DNA of 60,000 nt from Camelus ferus (taxonomy: Eukaryota). The notes under the pieces are model-generated. The model was not told the origin of the DNA and made no database searches. It saw nothing but the letters and a program-made list of their open reading frames with translations. A program made the translations under genes and the position numbers. Shown here piece by piece: positions 24,780-36,891 of this stretch. The stretch lies in the NCBI RefSeq assembly GCF_009834535.1, contig NC_045697.1:10418001-10478000 (forward strand), in the 5' to 3' direction. Within the stretch, counting starts at the first letter, position 1; each line of letters begins with the position of its first letter.

Positions 24780-25659
24780 CTCAGTGATGCAAGAACGTGT
24801 CTGAAACCACATTCACAGTGGCCACCAGGCTCTATTTTGGGTGCCTGAAGCACAGTTACTCCGTTTTTATTTTTAAATGCATTCTTTCTTTAATGGTTAA
24901 AGCAAATGTGCAATATATGTTTACTAGGCCATATAACAGGCCATTCTAGTAAGCATAAAGTTTGAGTTAAGTCTTGTATAAAGCAGAATGACATGCCCCC
25001 CTAACCTCAATATGTGAAAATTTCTTCCATCAAATTTTAATGATTATTGGTTTAGAATATGTTTTAATTCCCAGGTTCTTCTGATTTTCGTCCTTTTTCT
25101 TCTAACATGAAGAATAATATTTTAATTCTAATCCCAGAAATTATTGTAAGAAAATTGTAAGTGATGTGCCCAGAGGATTTTTGTATTCATATGCTATCAT
25201 AGCATAGCAAAAGACTGGAAATATTTGGATAATGATCAAATAAACTATGGTATGACAATTCTATGGAAGACTATGCATTATTAGAAATACTATTTATGAA
25301 GAATATTTAAAAAGGGTAAAATATCTAAATGCTAAGTTAAAATCCTGGGATATAAATATTGTGAAAATCATATGTATATGTATATATAACACCAAGTTAT
25401 TAATGCTAATGATATTTATTTCTGAGTAAAGTTATGAGCAATTTTATTTTCTTCTTTGTAGTCTTCTTAATATTCAAAATTACATATGAGCACAAATTGC
25501 TGTCATAACCTGAAAAAATTATTTTTAGAGCTGTTGCTTTTCAAGAAGGGATATCTTTCTAAAATAAAAATTTGAATTTTGCTTTGACTACTAATTACTT
25601 AGTAAAATAAGAAGGCTTTTATAATTTATTAGGTTGAAATAAATTTAATCTCAGAAAAC

Positions 25660-26800
25660 AAAACAATACAACCAAGATGTCCTTCAATAGGTGACCAGAA
25701 AAATAAACTGTGGTCCATCCAGACAATAGAATATTATTCAGTGTTTTTTTTTTTTTTTTGAGGTGGATTGGTTTCTTTTTTTTTTTTTTTAATATTTTTA
25801 TTGAAATATAGCCAGTTTACAGTGTTGTGTCAATTTCTGGTGTACAGCACAATGTTTCAGTCATATAGGAACATACATATATTTGCTTTCATATTCTTTT
25901 TCACCATAAGTTACTATGAAGTATTGAATGTAGTTCCCTGTGCTATACAGTAGGTCCTTGTTGTTTATCTATTTTATGTATAGTAGTTAGTATATGCAAA
26001 GCTTGAACTCCTAATTTATCCCTTCCCACTCTCTTCCCCCCTGAAACCGTAAGTTTATTTTGTATGTCTGTGAGTCTGTTTCTGTTTTGTAAATACGTTC
26101 ATTTGTCTTTTTTTTTTTTTTTTTAAGATTCCACATATGAGTGATATTATATGGTATTTTTCTTTCTCTTTCTGGCTTACTTCATGCAGAATGACATTCT
26201 CTATCTCCATCCATGTTGCTGCAAATGGCATCACTTTATTCTTTTCTATGGCTGAGTAGTATCCCATTGTACTATTCAGTACTTAAAAAAAAAAAGCTAC
26301 CAAGCCATGAAAAGATGTGGAGAAACCTTCAATGCAGGTTACTAAGTGAAAGAAGCCAATTTGAAAAGGCTCTATGTTATATGATTCCAACTATGAGGCA
26401 TTCTGAAGAAGAGGAAACTGTGAAGACAGTAAGGAGATTAGTGGTTGCCACAGGTCAGGAGGAGAGAGGTGTTGGATAGGAGCTCAGAGGATTTTTAGGG
26501 CCACGAATTTATTCTGAGACTATAATGGTGGTTACATGTCATTATATGTTTGTCAAAACCTGTTCAATATACACCAAGGATCAGTCCTACCGTGAACTAT
26601 GGGCTCTGGGTGATTACAATGTGTTCACATAGGCTTATCGATTGCAACAGATGTACCTCTGATGGAGGAGGGTGACGGTGGGGGGGGGTGCTGTGGGTGT
26701 GGGCGGGGGAGGGGCATATGGGCACTCATCACTTTCTGCTCAAATCTGCTATGACTCTAAAACTGCTCTAAACACTTGTTTACTCAAAAAAAAAAAAAGA
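25660..26800. mobile_element. Old + strand L1 3' end interrupted by a younger - strand L1 3' end (~25745-26270)
   Basis: Minus ORF MGYYSAIEKNKVMPFAATWMEIENVILHEVSQ (L1 ORF2 end); tattcagt is repeated on both sides. Confidence 0.75.
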
Positions 26801-27719
26801 AAGAAAGAAAAGAAAAACAAAATTAAAGAGTCAGTGAATGATATTCAATACCCTTCCTTTCCATGAATTCTGTCTGGGGCTTTCTTGTGAGTTTTGGGTT
26901 TGTTTGATTCGTTTTTAGCTGCTCTGAAAAATGCTAGGTTGAGAGAACATCACAGCACGGCTGCCTCTGCGACATTCAAGGCTGTGTTCCTCGTCCCAGC
27001 TGAGATTTTTGACCTTTAGCTTTCTTTGTGTTGGAACCTAAGAAAGGAAGGTACAAGTGTCTCTGGGAATCAAGTAAACATCTTGTAAGAAAACGTGTTG
27101 AGAAAAATTTGGCTTGGATTTTGGGGCTGTTCTGGGTGGTTTGAAATGCGTATGCGGAATGACTAATGTATAAACTTTGCTCAAGTTGCTATGAGTGGGC
27201 TCCACTGGAAGTCAGTGAGCGTGCTGTTCTATTGTTTTTGAAATTCAGCATCTATTCACCCTTCTCCTAGTGACGAAATCCGATTTTCCTGTGAGGAACT
27301 TCCCTGGCTCTCCTCTCACCCGCATGGGGCTCCACTCCCCAGTTCAGGCAGCAGGAGACTCAGACCTAACATAACCTAAGCGTGTGAGCCCCTGGCCACG
27401 GTGATTAGAGCTTAATGGTGACGATTTTCTTAAGCGACTGGAATGAAGTGGAGTGTGTGTGTGTATGTGTGTGTGTGTGTGTGTTTTCTCAGCTGAGAGA
27501 CAGCAGAGCACGGAGGAGCACGCATTCTGGGACCTGTGGCCTGGGCTTGAATCCCAGTTGCCCAGTTCTGCTACCCGCTGACTTAGTGACACTGGGTAAG
27601 TCACTTACTCTTTCTGGGTCTCAGTCCTCCCTTGTAAACGAGGCTGAGAGCCACCCTACCTCATGGGGTTGTTACGGTGGTTGAACAGGTCAATAGTTGC
27701 AAAGCCTGGCATGATGTTT

Positions 27720-28720
27720 ATCTCCTCGACATTTTCACTTGGGTGTGTAACGGACATCTAAATTTAACATGTGCCAAATGAATCCTCCTTCCGTTGTCTT
27801 CCTCAACTCAATTAATGATATCTCCATCCTTCCAGTTGCTCAAACCAAAATCCTTGAAGTGGTCTTCGACCCCTTTCTTTGTCTCTTTACCCCAGACACA
27901 AATGCTGTCAGTTCTACCTTCAAAATACATCGAGAATTCAACCAACAGAAGCTGATGTCAACCTGTTTCAAGCCACCATCTCCTCTCGGCCAGAGTAGGG
28001 TACTGACATCCTCTGGAACGGTCTCCCTGCCTCTGCCCTCGCCCCACTTTAGTTTGCTCTCCACAAGCAGCCAGAGTGAGCCTGATAAAACAAAGTCAGA
28101 AGATGTCACTCTTCTGCGCTGTGAGTGGCCCCTCTCCGCGCCCTCACACGTGCCATCACACCTCTAGCCTCTTCCCCTACTTCCTCCCATCTTGGTTTTT
28201 CTGCACCAGGCACTTCTTAGTTGACCTTTGCTCTTCTTTCAGCATACTAGGTGTTCAGTGGTTGATCTTTTCTTCCTTCTCAGGGAAGCCTGCTTCCCCA
28301 GAAGTCATGTGGTTCCCTCACCTTTTACAGATCTTTATTCAAATTCCACCTTCTCAGTGAGACCTTCCCTGTCCCTCACTCCAATGTTGCAACCCTTCCT
28401 CCCCCAGCTCATCCCCTTCCCTGCTTATTTTGTTCCTCAGCCTTCATCGCTACCCCACATAGGCTGTAGTTTACTGACATATCTTGTCTGCTCTGTCTGC
28501 CCTCCATTAGAATATAAACACAGGGATTACTGTTTAAACTGCGCTATACCTAGTGCCTAAAGCAGTGCATGGGGCCTTAAACTTACATAGTGATATAGGT
28601 CAATTATTTCTCAATAAAACTGGAAAAAGGTAAAATAAATGAAACAGTTCATGGAACACAGCGAGTGCTCAGTATGCTCAGTAAAGGTTTCATGCATGAA
28701 TGGAAGAGTAAACGAATGAA
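27720..28720 (+). mobile_element. L2 LINE remnant
   Basis: L2-type motifs (CATCTAAATTTAACATGTGCCAA, CCATCCTTCCAGTTGCTCA, ...GAATGAA tail). Confidence 0.62.
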
Positions 28721-31700
28721 AGAAAAAAGATTTGCGTTAAAGTGTGACATTCATCAACACACAGTTTGGTTGCTAGCCAAGAAAAAGACTGCTTCATATT
28801 AAAGTCTAGTGCAGGGGAAAGAAGAATGAGGAAACTGACTCCCCCCCAAAAAAACAATCAGGAAGTACAAGGTGCCCTTGGAAACTCACACTAAGCATGA
28901 AAATGCTTGCAAGAGATTCTCGACATAAGGTGTGGAAGCTGTCACCTGACAGATTAAGGAGATCACATAACTAACTATGTGCAGGAGGTGGAGGGTGAGG
29001 AGAACTGAGATGCTACTGAGTCTGTTAGGCTGAGGTTAGCCCTCACCGAGGAAGTGTCTGAGAAGCTGATTTATCACAACAAGCAAGCCAGTGCACACTA
29101 CCAGGAAGTGCAGACAGCCCAGGTGAATTAAACACATTTCAAGGCATTCTGCCAAGTTCATTGAAAGTAAACAATGAAGAGTGAATGACGTGGCCGTGCT
29201 CAGTTTCAGGATGCGGGAGGAGATGTCATGCAGTGCTCCTTTTCACAAGCCTGCTAGAAGGAAACAACAGCCCAGATGAGAGGCTGTGATGTGTCTGACA
29301 TCAATGAATGTGCTTTTCTGTTGTGTTTGGTATTCAGCGTCAATCAGCCTTCTTCTGATTGGAGGAGGTACAAAACCCGTTAGGGAAACAAACGTCTTTC
29401 TAGGAAAACAGGTCCACCCTGAGCTTCCCGGGGGTGCTCAGGCTGCCACGGGCACACGCCCAAGAACGTGTTTCCAGAAGTTCCCCCTCTGGACCACAGA
29501 TCCTCTGCAAGGACAGGTTGAATCTGTCAACTCTGGGCCAGCGCATAGTGATATTAACTATCTGTTGCCACTATCTGTTGCCTAATGACACAGAGGTAGA
29601 CAGGCTTGAGATGAGGTTGTCTAAGTCATGGCTTACCTTTCTAAGCCTCTGATTCCTCATTTATAATATGGGAAGAATAACATGCTTCCACGAAGGCAGC
29701 ATAACAGGGCGTTGTACACAAAGTACGTGACACTAACTGATGTTAGCAGTTACTGCCGGAGGAGGGAAAGAGAGAACTATGTGGTTGACGGTAGCCTCTC
29801 CCCTCCCCTCCCTTCAACACTGCGCTTTACCACTCAGTCGATGAACAACAGATGCTCGCCGATGGATGGGCTTTAGCTGGTCAATCTGGTGGAGACCTTG
29901 GACCAACTTGTTTCTCCATCCTCGGCAGATGATCAGTTGTCACCAGGGCTGAACTGTGAGAGAGGGAACTATCCATTCTGCAGGCATTGCCTGAGTGCCA
30001 GCAGCATACTAGGCACTGTTCTGGGGCAGGACTAAGAGGGGCAGGAGAGCTCACGGAGCTGGCCTGCTGGTGAGGGGTGTGAGGAGAGGAGAAAGCCCCA
30101 CTTCTAGAGGCTCTTCCTGGGAAGTTGGCTGCTCTTTGCTTCACACTCACAGGTTCTTACAGCCAGGCCGAGCACAGGGAGATTACAGGATAAGATGACG
30201 CAGAGCTTAAAGAGCTACCAAGGGGTGGAGAGTTGGGATCTGAGCCTGGGCTCTATGTTTTGGGAGAAGAAATACAGCCTGGAAGGGGCCATGTACGGAC
30301 GATGAAGTGGAAAGAGCAGAAATTTATATATATATATATATATATGTATGTGTGATATTATAGATTACAACTACTTTTAAAAGGGTCAGAGATTTTAAAA
30401 AATAAGGCTGGAAGGAGAGATACCAAAATGCTAGTGGTAGCTGGGTTAGCATTTTGACCTGCAAGTGGAGGCAAGTTTCTTCTTTCCTCTGTTTCCAATT
30501 TTTACGTGAATGATTTGAAAATGACTAATGAAGTTGACCAAGGAAAGACAGCTTGAAACTCGCGTTCCAGGAGCCGCACTTTCACTAGGCAGCTGTGCGG
30601 CCTGGAGGTCGACACTACTCTGCCCCAGCCGTCCTGACACCCACGCTCAGTTCACCCTCCAGTTCTGTCTAAACGTCTTTCTTCTCTTTTTGTGAACCTC
30701 GCTTGCCCTTCCACAGCCTCATCTGGTGTCACTGTCTTTTCAAAGTCTCCCTAAAATCTGCTCTGACTCACCGCCCTCCTCCTGCCCGCTTGCAGCTGCC
30801 CCAGTATCAGTGTCTGTTTGTTGAATACTTGCTGGCGCCAGACGCTCAGCTAAAGCCTCTTTGTACGTTCATTACCTGATTCCCTGCTCAGAAGAAGTCA
30901 GTGATGCCAACAGCTTTTTTTAAGTTCACTCTACAGGAGAGGAACTTATCCTTTAGAGAAATTTTGTTAGTTGCCCAAGTGGCAGAGCCCACTCAGGGGT
31001 GCTCGACCAGAAAGCTTGTCTTCCTTTTTTTTTTTTTTTCCTTTTGATCTTGATTTCTATTGTTATAACTATGGTTAAAGAATATGGGCAATTAAATTTC
31101 CACCCTGCGAAGTACATTGAGATCTTTTTTCAATTTTTTTTTTTTGAGGGTGGAGGGGTTGGGCTTTTTTCCCTCACTGAAGTATAATTGACAAACAATA
31201 TTGTGTCAGTTTCAAGTGTACAGCAAAGTGGTTCAGGTGTATACATATAATTTTTTTCAAATTATTTTCCATTATAAAATCAATCCCCACTTTAACCTGA
31301 TGAGTAGGCATTATACTGTGTCCATTTTACAGATGAGAAAACTGAAATTCAAAAAGGTAATTTGCCCTAAATCATAGGATACCCAGACGGTGTGCAGGGA
31401 TGGTGCTTACTTTCTGTGCATTTGTCATCTTCTTCACCAAGGGCATACCAGGATGCTCGGCCCTCATAGCTGAACACTTAGCTGCAGAAAGATGGACTAG
31501 AAAATTTATTGCAGAAAGACAGACTAGAAAGTGAGAGGGTTCACAAACCCTGTGACTTAGCAGGGACACGGGACTATAAGGTCCTTTTAGAGATTATTTT
31601 CTCTAGTGTTTGTTGCACTTAACATGAAGAAATTAAATGCTGAATTGTCCCCAAGTCACTCCTGATTCATAATCAGAAATTGAGACAAAGGAAATCTGAA

Positions 31701-33689
31701 ACTGTAACTGTGTGGGGGTGTGGATGTGAGTGCCAATTGGTACAACCTCTTCCTCTCTTTGATTGGCAATTTATCTTGCAAAATTTTAAATGGTTGTGCC
31801 ATTTGATCCAGAAAAATCTCCTTTTAGGAGTGTATGTACTTGGACATGTGAAAAAATATGCTGACACAAGAACCCCAATATTTAATGCAGTCAGAAAGGA
31901 TTGGAAAGCCTGAGTGTCCACTGATGTGGGCCTAGTTGAATACACCGTGGTATCCTATACAGCGGAATACTAGGGGTCATTTAGAAGAATTATATCGAGC
32001 AATAGGTGCCGACAGGGAATGTCTTCCAAACACATCACTAAGAAAATATGCTGTATTTTCATGAAAAAATGAAAGCCTGTCTCTGTCTGGATGTACCTAA
32101 ATGAATACTGCTTGTTCATTACTGCAGTAAGAGGGAAGCCCAGGACAGGAGAAAGAATGATTTTCTACATATTTCCTTTGTTTTGTTTGACTTTTATTCC
32201 ATGTGTACTTATCTCATTTATTATTGAAAACAAACACCATTTTAAAGGGGGTTGTTTTTAGCAGGTCTTAAATGCTATGATACCACTGAAGGTTCAGTTC
32301 AATAAAGAACAGGTGGCAGTAACTGATTTTAGATCTTGGACAATATTCACTACAAAAGAAAGTCCACACCCAGGAGAAGTGGGTGGAGGAAGGCAAGGAA
32401 CACAGCAAGGTCAGAGATCAAGGAAATGAATCCACAGGCAAAACCAACATTTCTCATCCAATAACCATATTACTTCGTGTAGATCTGGGATTGTGAGAAC
32501 AACCTTATGAATCCAGTTTGGAAATGGTGGAACAGTGGGTGCCAGAAGTAAGACTCTGGTCTGTAATTCATGCATTGATTTGATCAACCAGCACTTGCAG
32601 ATGCCAACTTGAGTCTCAAGATACTGACAGAATAAACTCTAATTCCTGTAGACCTAGCTCTGAGCAAATGCCTGGTCTAGCTGAAGAAGACATCTTGAAG
32701 AAATTCTCAGAGGATGTGTTCCTGGGCTGGGCGGTCCAGACCAGAGCCTTTGGGGTCTGTATTGCCCCAGGAGATCCACTCACCTGTGTCATTCTGCTAG
32801 GAGAGTGTACAACTGGGAGACCTAACTCAGTTTGAGAGCCACGTGGGGTCAGAAAGGCTTCCTGAGGAAGCTCATTGAAGGAGATCAGTAGGAAGCAGGG
32901 TGAGGGTGGGAAGGAGAGAGCATCTGTGAAGGCCCAGTGTCAGGCAAGAGCTTGTGCTGCTGGGGACGGAGAGAGGGTTCCCAGGAATGGAGTGTCTTGT
33001 GCGTTGAGGAGCGAGGTCCCCATGGAGGCTCTTGGCTTACGTGCCCGCTTGCTTTGTCTAGAAAAGAGGAAGGTGAAATAATCAGAGTTAGGTTTCAAAA
33101 GCCACATCTTCATAAAGGGTGGCTTAAAAAGAAAGCCACCACCCTGGCTGTGGTGGAGAGAATGGTTGGAGGAGGTATGGGGGAGTGCGTTTGGGGAGGA
33201 TGGTGGGGCAGCCCTACCTAGGTGAGAGAGAACGTGGACTTTCTCTTGGCCTAAGCTCATGGTGGAGATGAATAAGGTGAATATTTAATGAATAATTTCC
33301 AGAGGGATGTGTAGGGTGAGGAAGAGGGAAGGGTCAACGAAGAGTTGGAAGTTCCTAGCTTGAGCAACAGGGGTGGGGGGGTAGGGAATAGGGAAAAGTG
33401 GGTTCTTTGAACTGAAATTCAAAAGACCACAAAAGGAGATGGCTGGAAGGAGGAAGAGGAACAGATGAGTTTTGGATGGAGTGGTCTGCAAGTAGAGCTG
33501 TTCCCTCCTCCGTCAATTCTGGCCCCACCAGGACCTCCCAGCCATGGCTCTCTCAGCTTTTCACCGTCTCACACTTTCCTTCGCCCTCCCTTCAGTTCCT
33601 GTGGGGCTCAGGTGCTGCGGCCCATGATTACAATCCTTTGTGTAACCTTTCAACTTCTTTGCCTTTCTCTTCCTCCATTGTGCTTACTC

Positions 33690-34078
33690 AGTGTTATGGG
33701 CTAGATGGTGTCCCCCAAATTCATATGTTGAAGTCCTAACCCCCACTACTTCCGAAGGTGACTGGATTTGGAGATGGGGCTTTAAAGAGGTAGTTAAGTT
33801 AGAACAAGGTCATTGGGGTGGGCTCTAACCCAACATGACTGACATTTTTGTGAGAAGAGGAAGTTTGAACATGGACACGGGAAACACAAAGGGAAGACCC
33901 TGTGAGGACACAGCGGGAGAGAAGACAGCAGCCACCCGCCAGGGCCAGAGTCCTCAGAGGAAATCAACCCACCAACACCTTGATCTCAGACTTCCAGCCT
34001 CCAGACTGTGGGACAATAAATTTGTTGAAGTTTAAGTCACAGTAGACTTCTTGGCTTTGCTCTGGTAGCCCTAGTAAA
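33690..34078 (+). mobile_element. MaLR LTR (MLT1-like)
   Basis: TGTTATGGGCTAGATGGTGTCCCCCAAATTCATATGTTGAAGTCCTAACCCC...GACTTCCAGCCTCCAGACTGTG. Confidence 0.78.
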
Positions 34079-35336
34079 GAAATGCCCCCTGCAAACCACA
34101 GTTCCATCAGATCCAGCTCCCTGCCTGCATTCCCGCTTTTATTCCAACCAGTGGGGAGTGAACCGAAGAAAGGACACACCCTCGCTGACTGGCCTTTTTA
34201 GATTCCTGAGCCTTTGACGTCACCCTGGGAGCCTCTCGGGTCCCCGCCCCATCCTCCCTCCTGGTCTCCGGAGCTGCCCCGCGCCCACCCACTCCCAGCA
34301 AGCGACCTCCTCCTTTCACTGAGAGCAGTCAGAAGTAGCAGTCCATGCGTCGCTGTCAGTAAATCCACTAACCCTCCGGCCCCTGAAGCCCCGTCCTCCA
34401 CCTTCATTCCTCAAAGGGCGGAGCTCCCACCCCCACCCGCCTGTGCCCGGGATTCCTTCCACCTACACACGAGCTTTTCACTGCAGCATTTCCCTGTCTC
34501 CCACGTTATCAATTGTTGTCTGTCTGCTTGGTTATCCCATCATCCTACAAACAGACTGATACAGGTCTCTTCTCAATACAGTGTCCTCTGTTCCTTTTTA
34601 CAGATCAACTCTTCAAAAAAAAAAAAAAAAAGTCATCCAACTTACTGATGCCACCTTGCTTTCTCACATACACTCCTCAACCTACTTGCATCCGGCTTTG
34701 TCCTCGACATTCCTGGAAAATGGCTGTTGCTAGTAGCACCAATAACTCCCAAGTGATCCTCCCTCTGGTGTCAGGGGTTGCTCTGCCCAGTTCTCTTTGC
34801 TGGGGCTCTGGTCATCTTTCTGAGCTCCATACAGGCATGCCCCACTGTCGAGGCTCTGGGACTCTTTCCTTCCATCTCTACGCACACTTTCGAAATGGTC
34901 TATTTATCCTCTTGGCTTTAAAAACTATCTGCACGCTAAAGGCTCCCATACGTAAGGCTTCAGTGCTGATTCCTTGCCTGAATTCTAGATGCTTATATCC
35001 AATTAGCTACTTGATGTCTCCACTTCGGCATCCAACAGGCATTTCAAACCTAACACCTCCAAGACCAGATTCTTGCTTCAAGCCTTTTCCCCCCAGACCA
35101 AATCTATTTCACCCTGGTTTCTCCCATTGCTATAAATGGCAGTGCTGTCTTTTCTCCAGTGAGCAACTCAGACCACAATTCCTTGAGTCATCTTAGACTC
35201 CTCTCTTTCTGGTAAACTCCACATCCAACTCATCAGCAAATCTTATTGCTTCTACTTTCAAACTATACCTGGAATCCAGCTTCCTTTTTTCTTTGATGCT
35301 TTTTACCACTCTCCTGGTTAAAGTCACCATAACTGG

Positions 35337-35359
35337 TTTCTTTCTTCCTTTCTTTCTTC

Positions 35360-35454
<95 letters not shown>

Positions 35455-35455
35455 T
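35337..35455. repeat. (TTTC)n microsatellite
   Basis: Long near-perfect tetranucleotide run about 1.4 kb upstream of the CD38 ATG. Confidence 0.95.
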
Positions 35456-36479
35456 CCTCTCTTTCCTTTCCTCTCTTTCTCTCCTCTCTTTCTCTCTTTC
35501 TTTCTTTCTTTCTCGAAGTATAGTTTATTTACAATATTGTGTTAGTTTCTGGGGACAGCACAGTGATTCAGTTATACATTATATGTGTATGTGTATATAT
35601 ACACATACAATGGATAAAGGATACATATATCTTTTTTTCATATCCATCTTTCTATCCTTACTTCCCTACAATTTATTCTCAATACAGAAGCCAGATTGAG
35701 CCTTTAAAATGCCGTGCCTGTTCAAGTCACTTAGTGACCTTGAATAGGTTAAAAATAAAATTCACAGTCCAAAAAGTCCTTATTTTGACCTTCTGGGCCA
35801 TAGGCGACCTGGTCTCCTGCTGCCCTCTGAACTTCTGCTTCCTTCAGTCCCATATTCCAGCTCCAATGGCCTCTTTGCTGCTCCTCAAACATGCCAAGGG
35901 GTTTTCTACTTCAGGGTATTTGCACATGCCATTCCCTCTGTGAGGAAAATGTTTGCCCCAGGAAGTTGTGTTGTTTCAGCTTCCACTGTCTTTTGATCTC
36001 TGCTGAAATGTCACAGATGCTCTTAGTGCTGAGGAACCCTAAGAGAGGAGATGCTGGGATGTCTGAGAAAAGCCACTGGTTTTATTGAACCACTACTGTG
36101 AGTGCTACATGCCACTCTTCCAAGCACACATCATGCCCTCCACACCTCAGGGAGCAGGCAGTCATAGCTAACATTTACTGAGTGCTTTCCACATGCCAGG
36201 CATTCTGCTAAACACTTCATATGTATAAACTCAACTAATTCTCATAACAACCCCATGAAGTGAGTACTGCTATTGTCCCCACTTTCTTTCTGAAGCACAG
36301 AGTTCAAGCGACTTACCCAGCCAATGGGTAGCAGAGCTCAGTTTGAACCCAGAGCTTACACTGATGCCATGGGAGAGAAGAGGCAAGGCTTAAGTGGAGC
36401 CTTTAAAGTTAATACAACAACGGTTTAAGTAGAGGTAGAACATTCTTTTGCGGGCAGAAGGTGTTGCTTGTACATAGGT

Positions 36480-36891
36480 ACAGAGGCAGACTTTCCAGGA
36501 AGCAGGTGTGTGTGACAGCTGCTTATAAGCGCAGCTTGAGAAAGTGAGCCTGCCGGTGAGTATAAGGCTATGCTGTCTGTTACTCGAGTGTCTGCCAAAT
36601 AAGGTCAAGGTAGCGGTTTGTCCCTGAAGATGAAGGGTCTGGGTCCCTCTGCTCAGGAGTCTAGGCTGTAGTAGGTTCTGAAGGCTTTTAAGACCTTTAA
36701 ATCCTTATTGGTCCAGCGGCCACGGAACTTTGAAGGGGGTGGGGTTGGGGTGGGAAAGGAAGCGGAGAAAAGGCAAATGACAGATAAAGGGGAAGTGCAG
36801 TTTCAGAACCCAGCTAGCTCTCTCCTGCCTGCCTCCCCAGGCTCCACCAACCTCTTCTCCAGCTTCGTCCCGGGGACCCGCCTTGGACCCC
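36480..36891 (+). promoter_or_regulatory. CD38: CD38 proximal promoter / 5' UTR
   Basis: Lies directly upstream of the CD38 ATG. Contains GAS-like TTCCAGGAA (36493-36501), GATA site AGATAA (36782-36787), PU.1/ETS site AAAGGGGAAGTG (36786-36797) and GCAGTTTCAGAACCCAGC, which I recall from the human CD38 5' end. No TATA box is evident. Confidence 0.7.

Larger units (their letters stand above)
16560..25032 (-). mobile_element. Degraded class I (ERV1) provirus, host of the nested insert; 3' LTR not found
   Basis: Split 5' LTR, tRNA-Ser PBS, AT-rich internal region, integrase remnants and gamma-type env remnant in the correct order on the minus strand. Left boundary is approximate. Confidence 0.8.
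21830..25032 (-). repeat. 5' LTR of the class I provirus, interrupted (21830-22210 and 24786-25032)
   Basis: Minus-strand ends TGATGGAA...TTCCACTGACA, followed within 5 nt by the PBS. About 630 bp after removing the insert and one TSD copy. Confidence 0.7.

Noticed and set aside
34513..35196. 227-aa ORF
   Set aside because: Lies in degenerate L2 sequence, spans a poly(A) run, has a non-ATG start and no domain.
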